DNA of 64,000 nt from Nitrosopumilus sp. (GTDB lineage: Archaea; Thermoproteota; Nitrososphaeria; Nitrososphaerales; Nitrosopumilaceae). The DNA lies in assembly GCA_965205425.1 (NCBI GenBank), contig CBDBGZ010000009.1, positions 320,001 to 384,000 on the forward strand, in the 5' to 3' direction. Under the pieces are notes generated by a model that had not been told where the DNA came from, did no database searches, and saw only the letters and a program-made list of their open reading frames with translations. This document shows positions 49,065 to 60,265 of the stretch, in pieces (positions within the stretch are counted from its first letter, which is position 1; each line of letters starts with the position of its first letter). Both the position numbers and the translations under genes were made by a program.

Positions 49065-52000
49065 CTATTTTTTCTTGCTTACTTGCATGTATAAGTCAAC
49101 AGTACCACTTCCAATTGGAATGTTACTACCAACAATTACATTTTCTGTAATACCTTTGAGTTGTTCAATTTCACCACCAAGTGCTGCATGTGCAATTGTT
49201 GGGACCGTAATTTCGAATGCTGCTCTAGCAAGAACACTGTCTTTAGTACCAGCAATTCCATGTCTACCAATTTGTTGCATGTAACCTCTAGAACACATCA
49301 AATCAGATACTAACATGATGTATCTATTATCAACTTCCAATCCTTGATCACCCAAAGTATGATTAAGTTCATCAATTAATGAATTTCTTGCAGCCTCAAT
49401 ACCCAAAGTTCCTGCAATTTCAAATACATTGTTTGTTCGGACATTCTTTTTGTCAATGCCTTTAACTTCAAGGACCTTTGCAACATTAGAACCAGTTGTT
49501 TGTATAACCCATTCATCATCTTTTTGAACCAATGTAACTCGTTCAACATCTGGAACTCCTTTAACAGTAGTATTGAGAACTTTATTTCTAATTGCAATTG
49601 CAGTTGCTGTATCAGCTTCATCTACCAAATTCAAGGTAATCAATTCGCCTACAATTTCCATCTTGAATTTTTTATTTGATGAAAGTGCTGCTTCTACTTC
49701 TGCAATAGAGCATCCTCTTTCTTTTAGTCTGTTAGTACTCATGATTAGTTTGATATTTGTAGAATAGTCGGTTTCAGTATCTGCAATTAGTGCACTTACC
49801 TTAGTTTGCAATACATTTCGTGCAACTTCGATTGCTTTTTCTCGAGATTTCTTTGATTCTTCATCAAGGTAAATATCCATAGTTGGGGTTACAGGTTTCT
49901 TTCTAGCATCTACTAGTTCAATTAATCTTGGAAGACCCAAGGTAACGTTTCTTTCTTTAATTCCTGCAAAGTGGAATGTTCTCAAAGTCATCTGAGTTCC
50001 GGGTTCCCCGATTGATTGTGCAGTAACAATTCCTACTGCTTGACCAGGTTCTACTTGGGCTTTGTTATAAAGTGAAAGTCCTTTCTTACATACTGCTTCA
50101 ACACCAGATTTACTCAAGTTGGATTTTTGTAAAGCTTCAGTTACGAGTTCAGTTAATCTTGGATTGAATGTCTTTGTATATTTTTTAGCAAGTGTGTCAA
50201 TTTCATCTTTAGTTGCTTTCTTTCCAGAGTCAATGATGGTTTGGGATTCAGCCAATCTACTTGCGTTAAATGCTTCACCATGATCACTTTTTTGTACATC
50301 AATTCCATCTTCACCATAAAGGAATTGAACAATATGTCCGTGAGGATCTCTTACTGTTCCATCATATTCTAATCTAATGTGTTCTAAAGCGTTAATCAAT
50401 CTACGCTGCATGTAACCACTCTGTTGTGTTCTAACTGCAGTATCTACAAGTCCTTCACGACCTCCCATTGCGTGGAAAAAGAATTCTAAAGCTGTAAGAC
50501 CAGTTCTGTAATTTGATTTTACAAATCCATGTGCATCAGGATTACTGTCATGTTCTTGATAATGTGTTAATGCACGATTACTGTAACCATCATTCATTCT
50601 ATTTCCTCTTCTTGATTGTTGCCCTAATGCACCTGCCATCTGACCTACGTTAAGTGCTGAACCTCTAGCACCAGTAGTAGCCATAATTTTTCCAGCATTA
50701 CTATCATCTAGAGAGTCATTTGCAGTATCACCTGCTTTCACTCTGGCTTTACCTAATTCGTTAACAATATAGGCCTCCAAAGCTTCTTCAGCCTTCATAC
50801 CTCTAGTTAGTTTGAGAGTTCCCTTCTTGTATTGATCAGTTAAATCAGCAACAACATCATAAGTTTCTTGAATATCACCTAGAATTTTCTCTACGTTCTT
50901 CTCTGGAACTTCAAGATCACCATATCCATAACTGAAACCATAGTGAGTGATGAATTGTTTTACCATAATTAGAATAGAGTTTAAGAAAGTTTTACCAGCT
51001 GCATTTCCATAGTCTTTGGTAATTCTGTGTAAGATACTTTCAGGTTCTTCAGCACCAATTGATGTTTTGTCAATTACACCGCTGATTAGTTCACCGTTTT
51101 TAATTACAACATCTTTTTCTGGACCTTTTGTTCCCTTTGACCATTTTGATGTAAGTACGTAATTGAAATCATTTGGAAGGAATAATGAGAATAATTGTTT
51201 TCCAGTATATGCAGATCCATCTTTTGTTTTAGTTCCAGGTTTTGGGAGGGCATCAGTGTATCCTCCAAGCATTGCATAGTTTGAAAATTCTTGTACAGAT
51301 AGTGTAGTGTCATCTTTAGTTAGAAGATATGCACCAGTTACAAAGTCTCTTAATGCTCCAATAATTGGACCACCATATCTTGGAGAGATTAATTGATCTT
51401 GAACTCTCATCAAAAGAATTGCTTCTGCTCGGGCTTCCTCACTTTGAGGAACGTGAAGATTCATTTCATCACCATCAAAGTCTGCGTTGTATGGTGGACA
51501 TACAGATGGATGCAATCTGAAAGTTTTACCTGGAAGTACTCTCACATAGTGAGCCATGATAGACATTTGGTGGAGTGATGGTTGTCTGTTAAACATGACA
51601 ATATCACCATCTGCAAGATGTCTTTCAATCAAGTATCCAATTTCAAGAGTTTCAGCAATTGTAGAACGGTCTTCTACGAAATCTAATCTAATCTTTACAC
51701 CATCGGGTCTAACGATATAGTTTACGCCTGGGAATTGTTCAGGTCCATTAATTACAAGTTTTCTCATTCTCTCAATATTCCATTCTGTAACAATTTCAGG
51801 AATAGTTAGTTTCATAGCGACTTGTTCAGGAACGCCAACTTCGGATAAATCCAAGTTAGGATCTGGTGAGATTACAGTTCTACTTGAAAAGTCAACTCTC
51901 TTCCCAGATAATGATCCTCTAAATCTACCTTCTTTCCCTTTCAATCTTTGAGTTAAGGTTTTGAGAGGACGTCCAGAACGATGGTGAGCTTGTGGAATTC

Positions 52001-52856
52001 CAGAAACTTCATTATCAAAATATGTTGTAGAGTGATATTGTAACAAGTCAACTAAATCTTGAACAATAAGTGGTGGAGTACCTGCTTCCTTACTTTCTTT
52101 TAGTCTTTGATTAACTCTAATAATATCTACCATTTTGTGTGTCAAATCATCTTCAGATCTAATTCCAGTTTCAAGAATAATAGAAGGTCTTACAGTTACT
52201 GGTGGAACAGGTAATGCTTGTAGAATAAACCATTCTGGTCTTGCAGTTATCGGATCATATGATAATAATTCTAAATCTTCATCAAGTATTTGTGAAAATC
52301 TTTCTCTAATTGTAATTGGTAGTAATCTATGTTCACCAATTTCAGTTTTCTCTACAAAGATAGTTGGTTTGGTAAAGACTAATTCGTATTGTGTTTTTCC
52401 ACAGTGTGGACATTCTTTTGCTTTTTTGGCTTTTTCAATAATTTGTTCTGGAATACGTTTTTGTGAAACTACGGTGTAAGCAGCATGTTTATCTTTAATT
52501 TTTTGAAATGCATTTAGATCTTCTTGAGGTACTTTGAGTCTTGCACAAGAACGACATGTTGATTGTAATAATTTGTAAATGTTATCAATAAAGGCAATGT
52601 GTAAAATCGGTTCTGCAAGTTCAATGTGTCCAAAGTGGCCAGGACATCTAGCGGCAGTATTTCCACATGTAAGACATTTTTGTCCAGGCTCTAGTGTTCC
52701 CAATCTTCCATCCATAAGACCTCCTTGAACTGGCATTCCATCTTCATCATATGTTTCAGGGGCAGTGATTTCTGCTACAGAATATTTTCTAATTTCAGTC
52801 GGAGACCATACTGAGAAACGAATTCCATCAATTGCTTTAATTGCTTGAACAGACAT
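49065..52856 (-). CDS. rpoA: RNA polymerase subunit A, unsplit A'+A'' (Rpo1)
   Basis: NADFDGD plus the A'' motif GEPGTQMTLRTFH in one 1263-aa ORF. Confidence 0.98.
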   Translation of the reverse strand: MSVQAIKAIDGIRFSVWSPTEIRKYSVAEITAPETYDEDGMPVQGGLMDGRLGTLEPGQKCLTCGNTAARCPGHFGHIELAEPILHIAFIDNIYKLLQSTCRSCARLKVPQEDLNAFQKIKDKHAAYTVVSQKRIPEQIIEKAKKAKECPHCGKTQYELVFTKPTIFVEKTEIGEHRLLPITIRERFSQILDEDLELLSYDPITARPEWFILQALPVPPVTVRPSIILETGIRSEDDLTHKMVDIIRVNQRLKESKEAGTPPLIVQDLVDLLQYHSTTYFDNEVSGIPQAHHRSGRPLKTLTQRLKGKEGRFRGSLSGKRVDFSSRTVISPDPNLDLSEVGVPEQVAMKLTIPEIVTEWNIERMRKLVINGPEQFPGVNYIVRPDGVKIRLDFVEDRSTIAETLEIGYLIERHLADGDIVMFNRQPSLHQMSIMAHYVRVLPGKTFRLHPSVCPPYNADFDGDEMNLHVPQSEEARAEAILLMRVQDQLISPRYGGPIIGALRDFVTGAYLLTKDDTTLSVQEFSNYAMLGGYTDALPKPGTKTKDGSAYTGKQLFSLFLPNDFNYVLTSKWSKGTKGPEKDVVIKNGELISGVIDKTSIGAEEPESILHRITKDYGNAAGKTFLNSILIMVKQFITHYGFSYGYGDLEVPEKNVEKILGDIQETYDVVADLTDQYKKGTLKLTRGMKAEEALEAYIVNELGKARVKAGDTANDSLDDSNAGKIMATTGARGSALNVGQMAGALGQQSRRGNRMNDGYSNRALTHYQEHDSNPDAHGFVKSNYRTGLTALEFFFHAMGGREGLVDTAVRTQQSGYMQRRLINALEHIRLEYDGTVRDPHGHIVQFLYGEDGIDVQKSDHGEAFNASRLAESQTIIDSGKKATKDEIDTLAKKYTKTFNPRLTELVTEALQKSNLSKSGVEAVCKKGLSLYNKAQVEPGQAVGIVTAQSIGEPGTQMTLRTFHFAGIKERNVTLGLPRLIELVDARKKPVTPTMDIYLDEESKKSREKAIEVARNVLQTKVSALIADTETDYSTNIKLIMSTNRLKERGCSIAEVEAALSSNKKFKMEIVGELITLNLVDEADTATAIAIRNKVLNTTVKGVPDVERVTLVQKDDEWVIQTTGSNVAKVLEVKGIDKKNVRTNNVFEIAGTLGIEAARNSLIDELNHTLGDQGLEVDNRYIMLVSDLMCSRGYMQQIGRHGIAGTKDSVLARAAFEITVPTIAHAALGGEIEQLKGITENVIVGSNIPIGSGTVDLYMQVSKKK

Positions 52857-52858
52857 CT

Positions 52859-55800
52859 CTAGATTTTCTCCTTGATTAACAATCTTGGTGCAACGTTAAG
52901 GCTCTGCATTTCTTGTAAGAGTAGTTTGAATGCATAAGCTACAGATACAGAAGATACTTTGGCTTTATCACCACAAACTCTGCAAACGTATTTTCTTTGT
53001 TTAACATCATGATATGCTACTAATCCACACCTCTCACATACAAAAATATCAGATTTGTCAGACTCGTCTAACAATCTATCTTTAAGAATCATAGAAGCAC
53101 CATATGCAATCAAACAATCTCTTTCCATCTCACCAAATCTTAATCCACCACCTCTTGCTCTTCCTTCAGTTGGTTGTTTAGTTAACATCTGAACTTGTCC
53201 ACGAGCCCTTGCATGGATTTTGTCTGCAACCATATGATGAAGTTTTTGATAATATACAACTCCAATGAAAACTTCCACTGGGAATGATTTACCAGTTCTT
53301 CCATCATACATTATTTCTTTACCAGAATATTCAAAACCATGTGCATCCATTACTTCTTTAACTTCAGGCATTTTTTCACCGACAAATGCTGAACCATCAA
53401 ATCTTTTTCCTCGTAATGCAGCTGCTTTACCACAAACAGATTCCATCATCATTCCAACTGTCATTCTTGAAGGGAATGCATGCGGATTAATCAAAACATC
53501 AGGAGACATTCCACTTGCAGTATATGGTAAATCTTCTGCTTTAGCTAAAATTCCAAGTACACCTTTTTGTCCGTGTCTGGATGCAAATTTATCTCCAATT
53601 TCAGGAATTCTCATATCTCTGGCTCTAATTTTATACATTTTTCCCCCTTCATTTGATTGAGTCATAACTACAGTATCAATAACTCCAGTTTCAGAAGGTC
53701 TTACACCAATTGATGTATCTCGTCTGTATGGACCAGAAGATTCGAACTCTCTATACTCTTCCATAAATCTTGGAGGACTAGTTTTTCCAATTAAAATATC
53801 TCCACCTTTAACTGGAGCTTCAGATGCAACTACTCCATCATCTTCAAGTAATCTGTATGCTCGTTCACCTTTGTAACCTCTAATATTATCTTCAGCGTTT
53901 GGAATTTCAAAGCTATCACGCATTCCACCAGGATATTGTTTTGCTTCAGCATCATAAATTCTAAAGAAGAAAGTTCTACCTAATCCTCTATCAACAGATG
54001 CTTTACTTAGAACTATTGCATCTTCAATATTGTAACCGTCAAATGGTAATACTGCAACAACACAATTCTGACCAGCAGGTCTATCTTCTAATCCTAAAAG
54101 CTTCATTGCTTTTGTATTAACAATTGGAACTTGTGGATATAGCATAAAGTGTTGTCTAACATATGTACTGGTATTCATCATAGGAGTAGAAAATCCTAAA
54201 CTTTGTTTTGCCATTGCAGATTCGTATGTATTTCTTGGAGATTGATTATGTTCAGGATATGGAATGATTGAAGCTCCTGCACCTAAAATTGATGGTGGGA
54301 AAACTTCCAAGTGAGTATGTTTCTTTGCATCTTTTTCATCCAAAGTAACATAACAGTTTTCTTCTTCATTGGCATCAATCATTTCTAAGATACCCATTCT
54401 CAAAAGATCAGTCCAAGAAAGTAATTTCTTTGAAATTTTATCTAGTAATTCTGTAGTTAACAATGGTTTGTTATCTTTGATAATAATTAATGGACGTAGT
54501 ACTCTACCGGCATTACAATTAACATACAATCTTCTAGTTGAACCTTCAATCTCAGATTTATGGAATGACACTCCAACATGAGGATGAATCTTTGAATTTC
54601 TTCTAAGTTCTCTAAGGGATAGTGCTAACTCTCCTCCAGCTTTGTAATATCCAATTAATCTTCCATCAACAAATATTCTAGTTCCATCTTTTTTCAAATC
54701 TTCTTTTGCATCAAAGAAATGAACTGTTCCAAGATCATAGAGTTTTTCTACAATTTCTTCAGATGGTACATTTACTGAAATAATTCCAGATAGAGCCAAG
54801 TTTTTGACTAAACCACAGTTAGAACCTTCTGGGGTTTCACTAGGACATATTCTTCCAAAGTGAGTGGCGTGCAAATCTCTTGCCTCAAAGTTTGGTTGAG
54901 TTCTACTTAATGGGGATTGAATTCTTCTAAGATGGCTGATTGTTGAGAGGTAATTTGTTCTATCAAGTAATTGAGTAACACCCACTCTACCTCGTCCCCA
55001 GTTTCCGGTTGCAATTGCATTGTTTAATTTATCAGTAATAATTCCAGGACGAATTGCTGCAGCAACTGCATTAATTCCACGTTTTTGGCCTGAACGTTCT
55101 AATTGATATTTCATATCTCTAACCAAATTTCTAAATGCAGTTCTGAACAAATCTGCCAACATTTGTCCTGCAAATTTGATTACTTTGTTTCCATAATGAT
55201 CTTTATCATCAGGAGTAATCCAACCAAGTTTTAGTTCTAATAATTTACAAGCTGCTTCACCTAAGAATTGTGCTTTTTCTTTTCTATTTTCTGGATGTTT
55301 TCCTAAATGAGGTAATAGGCCCCAATCAAGTAAAGTTTCAGCGCGTTTAATTTGGAATTCCTCTAACATTCCAGGTGCAATTCTTTTACTGATATAGACA
55401 ATAGCGTCTTTTGATGTTGGAACATCACCTGCTTTTTCAAAAGAGCCTTCTAATTCATCTTGGATATCATCAACTAATGAAACTACAGATGCGATTTCTC
55501 TATCAGATTCCAATCCGAGTGCTCTCATTAATGTAACAACAGGGATATCTACAGGAGAACCAGGAATTCTAGCTACAATCAAACCATCATTTTTCATAAC
55601 AAGTTCCAATTTTGCACGATAGCCAACAATTGAAGAATATACTTTAGCTTTGAAAACAATATTACCACCAACAGTTTCTCTATCAACAATTATTTTGTTG
55701 TAAGAAAGATCTTCTAATCCAACAATTACACGTTCTGAACCATTGATGATAAAGTAACCACCAGGATCTTGTGGATCTTCTCCATGTTCAACTAATTTTT

Positions 55801-56206
55801 GAGAAGAGAAATTATGTAAAATACATGCATTTGATTTTGCCATAACTGGTACATCTCCAATATGTACAAATCTAGATTCTAAAATTTTTCCATCTTCGAC
55901 AACACTGGCTTCCATCATTACTGGTGCAGAATAAGAAACATTTCTCAATCTTGCTTCAGCTGGTGTGATATGAGTGATAGAACCATCAAGTTCCATCATT
56001 CTTGGTTGTTGAAGTTTTACTTTACCTAGTTGAATCTTGTAAGGATATTCAGCATTTTCAATATCAATCTGTCCAACTTCATTAATGATACTTTGAAGTC
56101 CTCGTTCTAAAAATTCATCAAATGAGTTTAGATGTTGACGTGCAATACCTTCACGTTTTAGAATATCTTGAATTACTGGCCATCGTTTAGTTGAAGAATC
56201 TACCAT
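52859..56206 (-). CDS. rpoB: RNA polymerase subunit B (Rpo2)
   Basis: GDKFASRHGQKG, GLRFGEMERD. Confidence 0.98.
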   Translation of the reverse strand: MVDSSTKRWPVIQDILKREGIARQHLNSFDEFLERGLQSIINEVGQIDIENAEYPYKIQLGKVKLQQPRMMELDGSITHITPAEARLRNVSYSAPVMMEASVVEDGKILESRFVHIGDVPVMAKSNACILHNFSSQKLVEHGEDPQDPGGYFIINGSERVIVGLEDLSYNKIIVDRETVGGNIVFKAKVYSSIVGYRAKLELVMKNDGLIVARIPGSPVDIPVVTLMRALGLESDREIASVVSLVDDIQDELEGSFEKAGDVPTSKDAIVYISKRIAPGMLEEFQIKRAETLLDWGLLPHLGKHPENRKEKAQFLGEAACKLLELKLGWITPDDKDHYGNKVIKFAGQMLADLFRTAFRNLVRDMKYQLERSGQKRGINAVAAAIRPGIITDKLNNAIATGNWGRGRVGVTQLLDRTNYLSTISHLRRIQSPLSRTQPNFEARDLHATHFGRICPSETPEGSNCGLVKNLALSGIISVNVPSEEIVEKLYDLGTVHFFDAKEDLKKDGTRIFVDGRLIGYYKAGGELALSLRELRRNSKIHPHVGVSFHKSEIEGSTRRLYVNCNAGRVLRPLIIIKDNKPLLTTELLDKISKKLLSWTDLLRMGILEMIDANEEENCYVTLDEKDAKKHTHLEVFPPSILGAGASIIPYPEHNQSPRNTYESAMAKQSLGFSTPMMNTSTYVRQHFMLYPQVPIVNTKAMKLLGLEDRPAGQNCVVAVLPFDGYNIEDAIVLSKASVDRGLGRTFFFRIYDAEAKQYPGGMRDSFEIPNAEDNIRGYKGERAYRLLEDDGVVASEAPVKGGDILIGKTSPPRFMEEYREFESSGPYRRDTSIGVRPSETGVIDTVVMTQSNEGGKMYKIRARDMRIPEIGDKFASRHGQKGVLGILAKAEDLPYTASGMSPDVLINPHAFPSRMTVGMMMESVCGKAAALRGKRFDGSAFVGEKMPEVKEVMDAHGFEYSGKEIMYDGRTGKSFPVEVFIGVVYYQKLHHMVADKIHARARGQVQMLTKQPTEGRARGGGLRFGEMERDCLIAYGASMILKDRLLDESDKSDIFVCERCGLVAYHDVKQRKYVCRVCGDKAKVSSVSVAYAFKLLLQEMQSLNVAPRLLIKEKI

Positions 56207-56458
56207 TTAGATTTCCACCACATATCGATAATAGAGACTTTCGCCAGCAGTTGGACTTTTTCTTGTGATTTTAATCATATCACCAGGTTTTACACCAAGT
56301 CCCAAAATTGCAGGATCATTTACAAAGATTAATGGTAATTCAGTTGGTTTACAATTGTATTTTTTTAAAACTTCTTCAGCTTCTTGTTTAGGAATAATTT
56401 CATGCTTTGGAACATAAACGTGATCAGGTACTAGGACTTGATTTTTCTTAGTCGCCAT
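56207..56458 (-). CDS. rpoH: RNA polymerase subunit H (Rpo5)
   Basis: HVYVPKH, RKSPTAG. Confidence 0.96.
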   Translation of the reverse strand: MATKKNQVLVPDHVYVPKHEIIPKQEAEEVLKKYNCKPTELPLIFVNDPAILGLGVKPGDMIKITRKSPTAGESLYYRYVVEI

Positions 56459-56637
56459 TTAGAATACCCCCATATCGAACATTAAATGTAACACTAATGA
56501 AAACACACAAACTGTCAAAAATTCACGCTCGGGTTAATATATATGTAATTTGAATGTCGATGAAAAACTGTCTTTTTTCTATTTTGTCAACATAATTTTT
56601 CACAACCTTAAATAGTATAAATTTAGGCGTAAAAATA

Positions 56638-57471
56638 ATGAAATCTCATCTAGCGGTGTTTGCCTTATCTGCAATATTATTTGCAAGTATTGGTATGGCA
56701 CCAGCATTTGGGCAAATACAAAGTTCGGTTGTTGTTACTACAGACAAATCATCATATTCAGAAGGTGATACAATCCTAGTAACAGGCGAAGTAAAAGATC
56801 TGTATGGTGTTCCAGTGAGTGTAATAGTTACATCTTCTAATGGAAGTATTGTAGCAATTGCACAAGTAGCAGTTGGTGCTGATAAAAAATTCAGTACTGA
56901 AATTACTGCCGGTGGAACAATGAAACAAGAAGGAACATACACCGTTACAGTTCAATATGTAAATGAAAATCGAACAGCAGAAACAACATTTGATTTTGGT
57001 GGATCTACTACAGTAACTCCACCAACCGAGAAACCTTCCGAGGTTACTGATACAACTGTATCAGTTCAAGGTTCAAGTGATTTGATTGGATATGAAATTA
57101 CAGGCGGAAAACTACTCAGTATTATGCCTGATGTGGATGCAAATTCACTCATTATTTCAATCGATGCTGCAAGCGATGGTTCATTGACCCTCACAATCCC
57201 TAGATCTGTGTTGGATGCAACAATTAATGGCGAAGATGATGACTTTTTCGTCTTAATTGATGGAGAAGAAGTAGACTTTGATGAATCAACAACATCAACA
57301 GATAGAATTCTCACCATAGCATTCCCAGTAGGGGCTGAAGAGATCGAAATAATTGGAACATTTGTAGTCCCAGAATTTGGTACAATAGCAGCTATGATTC
57401 TAGCAGTAGCAATTATCTCAATAATTGCAGTATCTGCAAAATCAAAACTTAGTATTATACCAAGATACTAA
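56638..57471 (+). CDS. PEFG-CTERM surface protein 1
   Basis: Signal peptide; C-terminal VPEFG + TM helix + basic tail. Confidence 0.92.
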   Translation: MKSHLAVFALSAILFASIGMAPAFGQIQSSVVVTTDKSSYSEGDTILVTGEVKDLYGVPVSVIVTSSNGSIVAIAQVAVGADKKFSTEITAGGTMKQEGTYTVTVQYVNENRTAETTFDFGGSTTVTPPTEKPSEVTDTTVSVQGSSDLIGYEITGGKLLSIMPDVDANSLIISIDAASDGSLTLTIPRSVLDATINGEDDDFFVLIDGEEVDFDESTTSTDRILTIAFPVGAEEIEIIGTFVVPEFGTIAAMILAVAIISIIAVSAKSKLSIIPRY

Positions 57472-57532
57472 ATTTCATCTTTTTTCTCTTTTTAAATATA
57501 CATAAATAGCAATAATGCTGGGTGAAAATAGG

Positions 57533-58396
57533 ATGAATTCTAAACGTTCTACGATATCAATGGCAATAGCCCTTATGGCACTGTCATTAATTTCAACGGC
57601 TTTCATTCAACAAGATGCTTTTGCTCAAACTCTTGGAATGTCCATTACAGCAACAGCTGATAAAGGATCAGATACAATTACTGTCACAGGTAAAACAATT
57701 TCAGACATCACAGATGTTACATTTACTGTAACATCCCCAAGTGGAAATAACGTGGTAGATCTTGGTCAAGTATCACCAGATGAGAATGGAGAATTTGTAA
57801 AAGTGTTCAAAGTTGGACCAACATGGTCTGAGGATGGATTTTACGATATTCAAGCAATGCAAGGAATAGGTGCTAACTCATTATACACACTAAATGTTCT
57901 TGTTGAAGTAGCAAACGGTATGACTGAAAGAACGTCTGTAACTGAATCTAATTTAGAAACAGGAATTTTCACACCAAATGAAAACAATGTTGCAACAGAT
58001 GCAGGAATTATGCTTGATGCTATTGTCATCGAGAATGGTTCCACAATGTTTGAAGTAACTGGAAAAACAGATAGAGTCAGTCAAGATATTACATTAACTG
58101 TAACTGCACCAAATGGAAATGTAGTAACAATTGATCAAATATCACCAATGCTTGATGGAGAATTTGCTGCCGAAATTGCAGTAGGAGGATCATTATGGAA
58201 ACAAGATGGTTTTTACACTGTAACGATACGACAATTTGACGATCCAAAATATACTGCTTCAACTGAAGTAGATATCTTAGACGGAGTTGTAGTACCAGAA
58301 TTTGGTACAATAGCAGCCATGATTCTAGCAGTAGCAATTATCTCAATAATTGCAGTATCTGCAAAATCAAGACTAAGCATTATACCAAGATACTAA
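57533..58396 (+). CDS. PEFG-CTERM surface protein 2
   Basis: Signal peptide, two related beta domains, VPEFG tail. Confidence 0.92.
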   Translation: MNSKRSTISMAIALMALSLISTAFIQQDAFAQTLGMSITATADKGSDTITVTGKTISDITDVTFTVTSPSGNNVVDLGQVSPDENGEFVKVFKVGPTWSEDGFYDIQAMQGIGANSLYTLNVLVEVANGMTERTSVTESNLETGIFTPNENNVATDAGIMLDAIVIENGSTMFEVTGKTDRVSQDITLTVTAPNGNVVTIDQISPMLDGEFAAEIAVGGSLWKQDGFYTVTIRQFDDPKYTASTEVDILDGVVVPEFGTIAAMILAVAIISIIAVSAKSRLSIIPRY

Positions 58397-58461
58397 AAGT
58401 CACACAACTTTTTTCTCTTTTTAAATATACATAAATAGAGACAGGTGCAAATCGCAACAAG

Positions 58462-59382
58462 ATGAACAACCGTACGTCGTTCGCGCTACTAGTCTTATTG
58501 ACTGCAGTCGGTACTTTAACCGTGTCAACAGCATATGCTGAACATCACGAAAGTGGTGAACATGTGGAAGATCATTCAGATTTCCCAGCAGCATGTGTAG
58601 GATGCTCCATGGAGGATGCAAGAGCAGCAGCAGCACAAATGTTGCTTGAGGATACCCCAGTATCTGTTTGGACAGACAAAACAGATTATGGACACAGTGA
58701 CATGATTATGGTAGAAGGCCAAGTAGCAAATGTAGCTTCTGGATTTCCAGTTACAGTAACTGTTGTTAGTCCCTTAAACTCCATCGTTACAATTGATCAA
58801 TTAGTTGTAGCAGAAGATGGTAGTTTTGAGACAACACTAAACACAGCAGGTGCTATGTGGAAATACGACGGTACCTACACCATTAAAGTAAACTATGGTA
58901 GTACTGAAAAAAGTAACAGTGCAAAAGTTGAACTAACTGGTGGAGTTGAATATACACCAATCTACACAACACCAAACAACAACAAACAATGTGGTGCTAA
59001 TGAAATAACTGCAAGTGGTCAATGTATACCATTTACAATTTCAGGTGGAATGATTACTGGTGCAACTCTCAATACTAATGATAATTCAATTGTCATTAGC
59101 ATCAACGCTGAAGATGACGGAACACTAACAGTAACCCCATCAAAAACAGTCCAAGACGGTATCTTCATGGTACTAGTTGACGGAGAAGAATGGGATGATG
59201 TTGAAATTGCTACAAATAAAGTAACAGTAATGTTCCCAGCAGGCGCTGAAACAATTGAAATAATCGGTACCTTTGTGATTCCAGAGTTTGGTACAATAGC
59301 AGCCATGATTCTAGCAGTAGCAATTATCTCAATAATTGCAGTATCTGCAAAATCAAGACTAAGCATTATACCAAGATACTAA
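58462..59382 (+). CDS. PEFG-CTERM surface protein 3 with His-rich/CxxC N-terminus
   Basis: Signal peptide, EHHESGEHVEDH..CVGC, IPEFG tail. Confidence 0.92.
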   Translation: MNNRTSFALLVLLTAVGTLTVSTAYAEHHESGEHVEDHSDFPAACVGCSMEDARAAAAQMLLEDTPVSVWTDKTDYGHSDMIMVEGQVANVASGFPVTVTVVSPLNSIVTIDQLVVAEDGSFETTLNTAGAMWKYDGTYTIKVNYGSTEKSNSAKVELTGGVEYTPIYTTPNNNKQCGANEITASGQCIPFTISGGMITGATLNTNDNSIVISINAEDDGTLTVTPSKTVQDGIFMVLVDGEEWDDVEIATNKVTVMFPAGAETIEIIGTFVIPEFGTIAAMILAVAIISIIAVSAKSRLSIIPRY

Positions 59383-59455
59383 AAGTCACACAACTTTTTT
59401 CATTTTTTCATTTTTTAATAGTAAAGGAAATATACAAACGAGTATTGAAAAGTTT

Positions 59456-60265
59456 GTGGGTTTAAGAATATTTTATGGTTTTATTTTATTATTGATGATT
59501 TCCACTGGAACAGTTTTTGCTCAAGAATCTCCAATTTCTGTTCAAACAGATGATAATCATTATGATGAAGGAGATACAATTGTAATTTCAGGAAAAGTGA
59601 ATGTGCCCATAGAAGGAGTAAATGTCGTATTACAATTATTTACAGAAGGAAACATGGTAGAAATTGCACAAATTACGGTTGCGCAAGATGGAAGTTATTC
59701 ATACACAGTACTTGCAGAAGGTCCTCTATGGAAAAAATCAGGTACGTATTTGGTAAAGGCTTCATATGAAGTTGGGGGAGGAACTTCGGTAGAATCCGAA
59801 TTCAATTATTCTCCAAAATCAGAAATAATTGCAACAACAACGAATTTTGAAGTGGATGCAGGAAACCATGGAACATTTGATGTAGAGTATACCATTCAAG
59901 GAGGTACACTAAAAAACATAGTAGTAGATTCTGATATTTTTGCATTAATAGCTCAAATTGATGCTACAGATGAAGGAAAAATCACATTAGACTTACCAAG
60001 AGAATTCATAGGTGCTGAAAAACAAGATGGGAAAGATGACACATTCATTGTACTAATAGATGGAATTGAAGTTGCGTATGAAGAATCAGTAGTACTATCA
60101 GATACCAGAGTGATAACAATTAATTTTGAACAAGGAGATTCAGATATAGAAATAATTGGAACGTATGTGGTTCCAGAATTTGGAACTGTTGTTATGGCAG
60201 TATTGATCATTGGAATAATGAGCACCATATTAATTTCACGAAACAAAATAGGAATTAGAATTTAA
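59456..60265 (+). CDS. PEFG-CTERM surface protein 4
   Basis: Signal peptide; VPEFG tail diverged from the other three. Confidence 0.9.
   Translation: MGLRIFYGFILLLMISTGTVFAQESPISVQTDDNHYDEGDTIVISGKVNVPIEGVNVVLQLFTEGNMVEIAQITVAQDGSYSYTVLAEGPLWKKSGTYLVKASYEVGGGTSVESEFNYSPKSEIIATTTNFEVDAGNHGTFDVEYTIQGGTLKNIVVDSDIFALIAQIDATDEGKITLDLPREFIGAEKQDGKDDTFIVLIDGIEVAYEESVVLSDTRVITINFEQGDSDIEIIGTYVVPEFGTVVMAVLIIGIMSTILISRNKIGIRI

Noticed and set aside
49065..52856. Fused RpoA'/A'' as a novelty
   Set aside because: Established trait of Thaumarchaeota; used only as a taxonomic marker
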